Assembly (NCBI GenBank): GCA_963774245.1
Contig: CAVZDZ010000005.1
Location: 343,480 to 407,479, forward strand
Source of the DNA: an uncultured Acidimicrobiaceae bacterium
GTDB taxonomy: Bacteria; Actinomycetota; Acidimicrobiia; Acidimicrobiales; RAAP-2
Direction: 5' to 3'
DNA length: 64,000 bases
The position numbers and the translations under genes are program-made. Each line of letters begins with the position of its first letter. The stretch's first letter is position 1. Below are positions 48,226 to 57,723 of this stretch, one piece after another. A model generated the notes under the pieces. The model was given only the letters and a program-made list of their open reading frames with translations. It ran no database searches and was not told the DNA's origin.

Positions 48226-50709
48226 TCATCCGTAGTTGGTGAGCCCGGTGGTTCCTGCCGCACAATACGCCGTGGTCGGCCCGGTGCCCGAGCTGTACGG
48301 CGCCAGCAGCGACGGGCACGAGGTGGTGGTGGGATTGACGCTGCCACCCGACGAGGAACCCAGTATCCACGAGTCGGTGGTGGGCACCAGGTAGCTCGGC
48401 GGCGAGACGAAGGGCAGGAGGGGGTCCCACGTGTAGTACTTGGAGTAGCCGCTGGTCCCGAGGAGGGCGACCGGTCCACGGGCGTACTGCTCGATCGATC
48501 CGTAGACGATCAGCTTCCCCTCCTGACTGCCGAGGGTGTAGTTGTTGACGACGAAGGACTGGTTGAGGGCCAGCACGGCGGCGTCGATCGTCACCGAGCC
48601 GCTGGAGGACTCGGGACCGGGGTTGCACAGAGCACCCGGGCTGGCACCGCACGACGGGAGGAGGGAGCCGTTGGGTGCGGTCACCGGTTGGTTGACCTCG
48701 ACGTAGTTGTTGGCGATGAGCCCGAGGGCGTCGTTGACCGCACCGGTCCCCTTGTTGTAGTTGCAGTAGCTCTCGGAGGCCGTGCCCGCGGTCGACGAGC
48801 CGGGTTTCACCGTCCAGGTGCAGTCGTCGTAGGTGGTGTTGCCGTCGATGATGATGTTGTCCTGGCTGCCGATGGTCAGGTCGCCGGAGATGTTGCCGTT
48901 GACGAAGACGTCGGCCTCGGTGTCCGGGCTCGAGGTCTGGCCGTAGTAGCAGCCGTTGCACTGGGACTCGATCTGCGCGTTGGCCCCGTACGAGGTGACC
49001 GGTGTCCCGGTCGAGGTCGTCCCGTAGACGCCGGACGAGGTGGTGTAGTTGTTGTCGCCACTGTAGGTCGCCCCGTACGTCGGCACCGTGGCGTTGGCGG
49101 CCAGGGTCACCCGGCAGGTCGCCGTGGATGTCGTGCCCGTTGCGGTGGTGAGCGGCTGCGTGGAGCAGCCGGACACCGCGGTCGTCGTGGTACTGCCGTG
49201 GGTCGTGGTCGACTGGGTGAACTGAGCGGTGCCGGTCGGGTTGCCGTAGGCCGATGCACCGGTCACCGTGGCGGTCAGGGTGAACGTGGTGGAGGTGTCC
49301 TGCTGCTGGACGGCGCCGGCGAGGAGGTCACATTGGTGAGTGGTGGAGGTCACCGGATCGTCGAACGGGTTCGACCAGGCCACTTCGTCGGCGGAGGGGG
49401 CAGTCTCGGCGTAGACCACCCCATTGGCCGGAAAGCTTCCGGTGCCGTTCACCGGACACGAGTTGTTGTTGACCGGAGCCGGGTCGTTGAGCGTGCTGAA
49501 GCCCCCAGTGCTCGGGGTGTCGGGGCTGACCACCGTCATCTGGTTGCCGTTCAAGGTGACCTGGGTGGGACCTGCATACAGGCAACCGTCGAGCCCCGCC
49601 AGCGTCTCCAGCTGCCGTATGGGCCGCGGGTTCGGTCTCGATGGTGTTGGCGTAGGAGCTGGTGGAGCTACCCGGCGAGAGGAGGGTGTCGTCCTGGCAG
49701 TTGCTCGACCCGGAGGTCTTCGCCGTGGCAGAGCTGACGAACTGAGTCGTACTCAGCGGGGCACAGGCGGCGACATTGTTGGCGGCTACTTGGTTACAGC
49801 CGCTGCTACTCCCGCTCATCCCCTGATTGTCGGTCACGAACAGGCAGTTCGGGTCGGCGGTCTGCACGCTGGTCGGTCCCGGCCACGTCAATGTACCGGT
49901 GGTCCCGAAGGCGGGGTTCCCGTCGCTGGAGTCGATGAAGACGGAATCGTTGGTGTACACCGGTCCGTTGACGACGTCACCGTTCCCGAAGTAGACGGGA
50001 GTGCACTGGCAGGAGAGTTGTCGATGTTGTAGCCCAGCTTCCAGTTGTAGTTACACGTGCTGTAGTTGCCGTCGGGGTTGTACGACTCGTAGTTCGACCA
50101 CCAGACGTGGGTGAGGAAGCCGTTCTGCGGAGTGACACTGATGGTTTCGGTCTCGAACACATAATGATTCGGTGTCGCCGGGTCGTTGGCGGCTCCGGCG
50201 ATCTCCACGCTGAGGGAGGTGAGGGCCCCGGTGGTGGTGTTGAAGGTCGGTTGGGGGTTTCCGAACGAGTAGTACTCGGACTCCGAACCGGACGTGCCGG
50301 TCCCCTGTACCTGGGTCCACGTCTCGTAGGAGAGCCCGGAACAGGTGCCGGCTCCGTTGGTGGCACTGCTGCACTGGGCCAGGTCCGGATTGATGTTGAT
50401 GGCGGTGAGGTACGTATTGGCCCCGGCCTCCAACGCCCGCGCCGTGTAGATCTGGACGGAGCGGGTCTGCTGGAGGGGATCGGAGGCGATGGAGTTCTGG
50501 ATGAGGGCCGCGCCCGTCACCGTCATCACGACGGTGAGAGCGAGCACGGCAATCAGCGCGGTCTGACCGGTCTCGTCCATGGCGAGGTGGAACCGTCTCC
50601 GGGCGCCCCTGCACCACCTGACCGCGCCGGGGGGTTTGTCCGGCCCAGATGCGCAGACCTCGCAGCGTGGCCAAGCCCGGTCGGATTGGAGACGGGGAGC
50701 GGGTGACAT
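48226..50709 (-). CDS. PilX-like pilus protein: PilX-type N-terminal hydrophobic segment fused to a ~780-aa Thr/Ser/Gly/Cys-rich extracellular body; two frame changes (~50015, ~49620) as assembled
   Basis: ..RRFHLAMDETGQTALIAVLALTVVMTVTGAALIQNSI (ORF 49888..50709). Continues CQCTPVYFGNGDVVNGPVYTNDSVFIDS.. (49328..49960). Then QLETLAGLDGCLYAGPTQVTLNGNQMTVV..DVFVNGNISGDLTIGSQDNIIIDGN..KLIVYGSIEQYARGPV.. (48226..49554). ATG 50709 lies 6 nt after the upstream stop. Confidence 0.65.
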
Positions 50710-50715
50710 GGTGAC

Positions 50716-51671
50716 CTACCCAACACTCGATGTATACTGGTATGGAAGGTTCGGGGACGTCGAGTTGCCCTGGGCCCGGTAGACCAGGCTGGCGTTCTCC
50801 GAGTTGTTACCGGACACATCGACCGGGGACTTTCACCTGGAGGTCGATCCCGACTCGCTGGATGGCGTCGGCCGGGCAGGTGACGGCCAAGGTGGCCGAT
50901 CCACTCGCCGGCTTGCACTGGGCGAGGTTCGCGGTGGAGATGCCGTAGGTTGCCGACGGGACCGGAAAGCTCATGCTGGTCACGTTGGCCGCGCGTGAGC
51001 ACGAAGGTGTTGCAGGCGGGGACGGTCTGCGTCGCGCAGGTCGTGGCCGGGTCGAAGACGACGTAGTTGAAGACCGGCTGGGCCGTCGTGTTGATCACGT
51101 TCAGCACGTCGGTGAGGAGCTTGTAGGTGGTCGGGTACGTGCACTTGGTGCCAGTGCTCACCCCGGGGCAGGTTCCCGCGTTCGGCAGGTACTCCTGGAC
51201 CTGGAAGTCACAGGGGGTCTTGACCGCGCAGGTGGTGGTGCTCCCGGTATCCGGAGTTCCGCTGATCGTGGTGAGACCGGCAACGATCTTCGCCGGGCCA
51301 TTGGCGTTGGCGATATTGGCGTAGAAGGTCAGCGAGAAGTTGCCGATTCCCGAGACGGTGTCGGGAGTGCCGGAGGTGTCTACGCCGAAACCCGGTATGG
51401 GCGCACCGGTGGCGTCGGCTGGACCTGGCTCCGCTTCTGCGGCGACCAACGGGCGGAGGTTTGCCGCGGCCGGGAGGATGGTGTCGTACTCCTGGTACTG
51501 GGCATCCACCGAGCCACCGAGCTGAGTGAAGGTGGTCATCGACAGCATCACCAGCGTGGTGAGTACGACGAGCAAGGTCGAGGCCAGCAGCAGTTCGACC
51601 AGCGTCATGCCCTCGTCGTCGTGCCGGCGTCGTGCCCGCTGGGCGACCTCTCGGATCCGCGTCATGTTCAT
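50716..51671 (-). CDS. Prepilin-type N-terminal cleavage/methylation domain protein (PilW-like minor pilin/pseudopilin); two +1 frame changes (~50985, ~50825) as assembled
   Basis: MNMTRIREVAQRARRRHDDEG|MTLVELLLASTLLVVLTTLVMLSM (Gly-1, Glu+5) in the frame of ORF 50553..52649. Hand-joined tail ..NTFVLTRAANVTSMSFPVPSATYG..AVTCPADAIQRVGIDLQVKVPG..VSGNNSENASLVYRAQGN..SSVG*. The 3' end is inferred. Confidence 0.65.
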
Positions 51672-51673
51672 GG

Positions 51674-54483
51674 TCAGAGCACCACCGGCACGGGGCCGGG
51701 CAGGGGGTGGGAGGATAACTGACCCACTGATACTGGTGACGACCGTCGAGGCTCCGACCATGACCTCGAGCGTGGTGGTGGTGGCCACCGAGGCGATCGT
51801 CCCCTTGATGGTGACGTTGTACAGACCGTAGGGGACCGCGGTCCGGCTGAGCCCATCGGGTCCGGTGCTCGGCAGGGTGTAGGAATCAGCCGCGCACGCG
51901 GTCCCCGCGGTGGTCGACGCCGCAGTCATGGTGACGGTGGCACCCGACACGGGCGTCCCGGTCGAGGTGGTGACGTCGAGCGGCAGCATGCCGAGGGGCA
52001 CGGTGGCGGTGGGAGTCGACCCGGGTACACCGGTGAAGGCACCGTTGACCCCCGAGGCGGTGTACGTGCCCAGCAGGTCGGAGTAGTTCGCCTCGCCCTT
52101 GCAGTCGCCGGCGGCGATGGCAAACCCGTTGGGTTGGGGGTAGAGGGTGTTGGTCATCACACCGGTGGCACTGCTGTAAGGCTCAGTGGTCCACGCGGTG
52201 GTGTTGGCGCTGACCTCGACCGGTATCGAGCTCACCTGGGCACCGGTGAAGGTCGCCGGCGTTGAGTTCGACCACGTCCCACCGGTCCCGCCGTTGGTGG
52301 TCACGATGAACGGGCCGGTGGCCGCTGGCCCCGACGGCGGCGCACTCCGAACCGGCCGCCGGCGCCTCGCAGGCGATGCCGGAGAAGTACTCGATCTGCC
52401 CGATCGAGGGCGCTGGGCAATGCCACCGTGTGGAGCGAGCTCCAGACACCCGCACCACGGGAACCTTGGAGCGAGGTGGCCAGCATGGTGCCGCTGGTGC
52501 TGCCGGTTTTCGATCCGACCAGCGCGCAGTCGCCCAGGTCGCTTCCGGAGGGCGCACCGCAGGCCACGCCGGTGAGGGTGCTGACGTAGGTCGAGAGGCC
52601 CGCCACCGATCGCCAGTCGTGTGGGGTCTGGGTCATGTCCGCGTCCCACGCGGCGACACCGGTGGTGGCGGTGCCCATGGCCATGCAGGTGGTGGTGCTG
52701 CAGGACAGGCCGGTCAGGGTCAGCGCCGAGTCGGCGGTGAAGTCCGTCTCGGTGACCCAGGTGCTGGCGGTGCTGGCCGTCGAGCTGACCGACGCGGTCA
52801 GGATCACCGGGTCAGGGTCGGACGGTCGGCGCGCTGTCACCGGTGCCCGATGGCCACGCACGTGTAGGGGGCCGTGCGCTGCCGGGCAGGAGACGGTTCC
52901 GACCGTGGTCAGGTTGGCGGGCATGGTGTCCAGGGTGAAGGTCGGACCCGTCAGGGTGGTGGGCGAGGCGCGGGCTCCGGGGTCCCCGTCGAGACGCAGG
53001 ACGCCGGCGGACGCCGCGGTGGCCGGCGGGGTGACGGTCTTGAACGAGCCGGTCAGCTCGCAGACGGTTGCGGCCGGGCAGGCGATGGACGAGAGGGAAC
53101 TGAATGTCTGGGCTGCATCGGTGAATTCCTGCCAGATCGGTGACCCCGAGAACGATCCGGCGAGGAGGATCGGTGTCCCCGTGGTGGAGGTCCCGATGGC
53201 GTAGCACCCGTCGGTCGAGGGGCAGACCACCTGGGTGAGGTTGGCGATCCCGGTCGGGATGGTGTCGAGTGTGGCGGAACTCAGCGAGCCGGTCCCCGAG
53301 TAGATGACGCCGCCCACCGGACGCGAGGTTCCCGACTCCCACGCAGGTGGGAGTCGCCGCGGTGGTACAGGCCACACCGGTGATCCGGCTGGCACCAGCG
53401 AGGGATCCGGTCGTCCACGTCGAGGTGCCGCCCGACGTGGCCTGCGCCGACGAGCTGGTACCGGTTCCGGTGGTGACGCAGCTGATGGCGCTCGACCCCG
53501 GGCACTCGACACCGTCCTGGACGGGCGTGGCCGACGAGAAGGTGACCGTCGGGCTCACCCCTTCGTCGTAGGTGACCACCACCGGCTGCTCCTGGGTGAC
53601 CAGAACGGTAAAGGTGCTGGGGGTCACCACCGGCGACTGGTTGCCCGAGGGGTCGACGAAGGGCGGGTTCCCGCTGTAGAAGGGGAACGGGGCTTTTCCG
53701 GAATCCGTTGGCCGGCTGTCCCACCGTCACCGTATAGCTGCCGGTGGGAACCTGGTCGAAGACACAGCCGTTGGCGTCGGGGTAGAGGGTCTGGGTGGTG
53801 CTCGAGCCTCCGGACGGGCCGGTGACGGTCACCGGGACGGCCTGGAGGCGGGCCGAGGCGGTGATGCCGTTCACATCGGTGATCCCGGAATTGGTCACTT
53901 GCACGGCGATGAATCCGTCGGTCGGGACCCCTGGAGTCGGGTACTGCAGGTTGGTGCTGTCGGTCACACTCTGGCCACCCTTGTCCCACGCGACGGTCAC
54001 CTGCACCACGACCACCCCGGGGTTGGTCGTGCTGGGTACGGCGGTGGCGCAGAGGTTGTCTGATACCCCGGTGGCGAGCTGCTCGGAGTACTCCGCCGTC
54101 ACTGAGTAGGTGGTTCCGCCGACGATAGGTGTCGCCGACACCACCCCGGCCGGATCGACGGGGGCGGCAGACACGTCGAGCTGCACGGTGTTCGTGGTCG
54201 GGTCGATCGGCGGAGTCGAATTGGAGAGGATCTCTGTCCATTCGTCGGCGAGTTCCAAGGCCGCTTCCTTCTGCCGGACGTTGGCGGCCTGGGCCACCAT
54301 GGTGTCGAGGAGGTAGCCGAGGGGCACGGTGACGATGAGGAGGATGGTGAAGGCCACCACCACCTCGATGAGGGTCACCCCTTCGTCGGATTGGCCCTTG
54401 GCCCGGGCGGCCGTTCGGGCGCGCGCCCTGGCCGGGTTCAGTGTCCATCGTCGGGACCACTTGGACTTCTGGGCAGAAAACAT
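51674..54483 (-). CDS. Giant prepilin-type N-terminal cleavage/methylation domain protein (PilV-like pseudopilin, ~930 aa) with an internal Cys-pair repeat domain; at least five +1 frame changes as assembled
   Basis: MFSAQKSKWSRRWTLNPARARARTAARAKGQSDEG|VTLIEVVVAFTILLIVTVPL (ORF 53281..54696 frame). It then runs through the frames of ORFs 52812..53630, 52301..53512, 52183..52557 and 50553..52649, ending ..PVPVVL* at 51674 (ORF 51674..51856). ATG 54510 is an alternative start. The stop lies 2 nt before the next start. Confidence 0.7.
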
Positions 54484-54509
54484 GACGTTGAGAGGCAGAG
54501 TAAGGGTCA

Positions 54510-54523
54510 TGAACGTGCGTTCA
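54510..54523. promoter_or_regulatory. Perfect 6-2-6 inverted repeat TGAACG-tg-CGTTCA at the 5' end of the pilin-like operon (candidate operator)
   Basis: Read directly: tgaacgtgcgttca. It lies in the only lower-G+C intergenic stretch (54484..54708) upstream of the first prepilin-type gene, and overlaps the alternative ATG 54510. Confidence 0.25.
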
Positions 54524-54708
54524 TAGACGTGATTCCACCTGCACCAGCGATGATCGACCGATTGACGCCCAGCCTTGAGCTGAAGCTCCGCTCGCCGCTC
54601 CCGCAGTGTCGCGACGTATGCGTGGCCGTTACCGTCCAGGGCGAGCCGACCCTCTTGATCCGCTGGGACCCTCCGGGGCTCGCTACCGAGCGGCACCCGG
54701 CCTCGGGC

Positions 54709-55874
54709 TCAGTACGACTTGGGCAACCCCAGGGAGTGCTGGGCCACGAAGTTGAGGATCATCTCGCGGCTGACCGGGGCGATCCGGAGCAGCCGGGTCA
54801 TGCCCCACAGGTCGGCCAGGCCGTACTCGGACGACATGCCGTTGCCCCCGTGGGTCTGGATGGCCTGGTCCAGGGCGGCCAGGGCGGCGTCGGCGGCGGC
54901 GAACTTGGCCATGTTGGCCGCCTCGCCCGCCTCGGGGGTGTCCCCGGCGAAGTCGCACAGCCAGGCCGCCTTGTCGGTCATCAGCCGGGCCAGCTCCACG
55001 TCGATCTTGGCCTTGGCCAGCGGGTGGGCGATCCCCTGGTGGCGGCCGATCGGGGTTCCCCACACCTCCCGGCCCTTGGCGTAGTCGGCCGCCTTGTCCA
55101 GCGCGTAGCGGCCGATGCCGTTGGCGGTGGCCGCCGACAGGATGCGCTCGGGGTTGAGCCCGAAGAAGACCTGGCGCAGGCCGTCGCCCTCGTCGCCGAT
55201 CAGCCGGTCCGCCTCGACCTGGACGTTGTCGAAGAACAGGGTGAACTGCTTCTCCGGCGCGGTGATCTCGACCGGGAGCACCTGCTTGTCCAGTCCCGGG
55301 GTGTCGGTGTCCACCACGAAGAGGGACAGCCGTCCCCGACCGGTGTCCGGATCGACGCCGGACCGGGTGACCACCAGTATCGGCCTCGCACTCGTCGACC
55401 CCGGAGATGTAGTACTTCGATCCGTTGAGCCGGTAGATGTCGCCGTCCTTGGTGGCGGTGAGCGAGAGGTTGTGGGAGTTGGACCCGGCGTCGGGCTCGG
55501 TGATGGCGAAGGCCATCTTGAGCTGGCCGGTGGCGAACCCGGGCAGCCACCGCTGCTTCTGGGCCTCGGTCCCGAACTTGGCGATGATGGTGGCGCAGAT
55601 GGCCGGGGACACCACGATCACCAGCAGGGGGCACCCGGCCGCGGCCAGCTCCTCTTGCACCGCGGCCAGCTCGGTGATCCCCCCGCCGCCGCCCGCCGTA
55701 CTCCTCGGGCACGTTGACCCCGAGGAACCCGGCCTCGGCCACCGCGTTCCACAGCTCGTCGGTGCGCTCGTCGGCGTGGGCCTTCTTCACGTAGTAGTCG
55801 TGCCCGAACTTGGAGGCGATGGACGCGACCGCCTCCCGCAGCATCTGCATCTCGTCGGTTTCGATGAAGTCCAT
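54709..55874 (-). CDS. Acyl-CoA dehydrogenase (AtuD/LiuA-like position in the cluster); two frame changes as assembled
   Basis: MDFIETDEMQMLREAVASIASKF..VNVPEEYGG / LKMAFAITEPDAGSNSHNLSLTA..YRLNGSKYYISG / ..GRHQGIAHPLAKA..IQTHGGNGMSSEYGLADLWGMTRLLRIAPVSREMILNFVAQHSLGLPKSY. GAGGAG precedes ATG 55874. Confidence 0.85.
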
Positions 55875-55878
55875 GGAC

Positions 55879-57723
55879 CTACTCCTCTGGCTGATGCGCC
55901 ACCAGGCCGACAGGGATGTCGACCACTCTGCTCCGAAGGTACTCGCCCAGTCCCTTGGCCTGTGGATCGGGCCGGGTGGAGCTGGCCACCCCTTCGCCCA
56001 GCAGCCCGACCACCACGAAGTTGAGGGCGCGACAGGTTGGGGAACTCGAACCGCCGCACCTCGAGGTCGTCGGCCTCGGGGAGCAGGGCCCGGAACTGCT
56101 CGATGGTGAGGAAGGAGCGTAGCCAGGTCCAGGCGTCGGCCGATCGGGCCCACAGCCCGACGTTGGCGTTGCCTCCCTTGTCCCCGGACCGGGCCCCGAT
56201 GATGGTGCCGAGCGGCAGCCGGCGGCTCGGCCCCGGACGGCTGGGTGGTCTGCTTGGTGGCCGGGGTCGAGGACCAGGTCGGGTGCCTCGGTGGCGTCGG
56301 GCGACAGGGCGAGATCGGGCGTGGCGTCGACGATCTCGAACTGGTCGGCGGCCCGGAAGGCGGTGTGGGGCACCTCGACCCGTCGCCCGTCGGCGTGCAC
56401 CACGACGGGCACCACCAGCTCGGCCGGCACCAGGGCCGGCCAGTACACCCCGTAGGCCGCGCCCTCGGCCGGCGGCGCGGTGAGATGGAGGCCGGGGTAG
56501 CCGGCCAGGGCCAGCTCGGTGGCCGCGCTGGAGAAGCTCCGGCCCACCCGTTCGGGGTCGGCGTCCTTGACCGTGATGCGCAGCTGGGCGGTGGCCTCGG
56601 CGTTGACCGTCGGCGTCGGGCTTGTCCGAGCGGATCAGCCGGGCGTCGAACTCGGCGAACCGGTCGGCGCCGCCCACGGCCTCGGTCAGCGAGCGGACGG
56701 TCAGGTCGGCCTTCTCCTCGATGTCCAGCCCGGTGAGCACGAAGGTCATCGAGTTGCGCCAGCCGCCCAGCAGGTTGAGGCACACCTTCACCTGCTCGGG
56801 GGCGGGGAGGCCCCGGGTCCCGGCGATCCGCACCCGGTCCGGCCCGACCTGTGCGACCGTCGACGGTGTCGAAGCGGGCCACCACGTCGGTGTTGGCGTA
56901 GTGGTGGCCGGCGATCTCGTAGAGCAGCTGGGCGGTCACCGTCCCGACCGACACCTCGCCGCCGGTGCCCGGGTGCTTGGTGATCACCGACGAGCCGTCC
57001 TCGGCCACCTCGGCGAGGGGGAAGCCGGGATGCTCCAGGCCCGGCACCTCGGTGAAGAAGGCGTAGTTGCCCCCGGTGGCCTGGGGACCGCACTCGATGA
57101 CGTGCCCGGCCACCACCGCGCCGGCCAGCCGGTCCCAGTCGGTCGGCGCCCAGCCGTGGTGCCAGGCCGCCGGTCCCACCACCAGGGAGGCGTCGGTGAT
57201 CCGCGGGCAGATGACCACGTCGGCCCCACCCGACAGCGCCTCGACGATGGGCCAGGCGCCGAGGTAGGCGTTGGCCGAGACCACCTCGCCGGTCGCCTCG
57301 GCCAGCGGCTCGACCGGTGTCGAGGTGGGCCAGGGTGTGCCCGTCGCGTCGAGCTCGCCGATGCGGGGGAGCAGGTCGTCGCCTTCGACGTGGGCCACCG
57401 ACACCGACAGCCCCAGCCGATCGGCCAGCGCCCGGACCTGGTCGGCCAGGCCGGCCGGGTTGAGGCCGCCGGCGTTGGTCACCACCTTGATGCCGCGGTC
57501 GACGCAGGTGCCGAGCACCTCCTCCATCTGGGTGAGGAAGGTGTGGGCCCATCCCCGGGAGCGGTCGCGCCGGTAGCCCTTCCACAGGATGAGCATGGTC
57601 AGCTCGGCCAGCCAGTCGCCGGTGAGGACGTCGATGGGCCCGCCCTCCACCATCTCGCGGGCGGCCGAGAGCCGGTCGCCGTAGAAGCCCGGAGCAGTTG
57701 GCGATGCGGAGGGGCTCGGTCAT
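55879..57723 (-). CDS. AtuA-like protein (acyclic terpene utilisation, DUF1446 family); several frame changes as assembled
   Basis: [17 protein letters not shown]-type start (frame of 56788..57987). Then EMVEGGPIDVLTGDWLAELTMLIL..VVTNAGGLNP..VICPRITDASLVVGP..GHVIECGPQATGGNYAFF (55200..57653). C-terminal part in 55787..56833 and 55879..56547. Confidence 0.75.
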
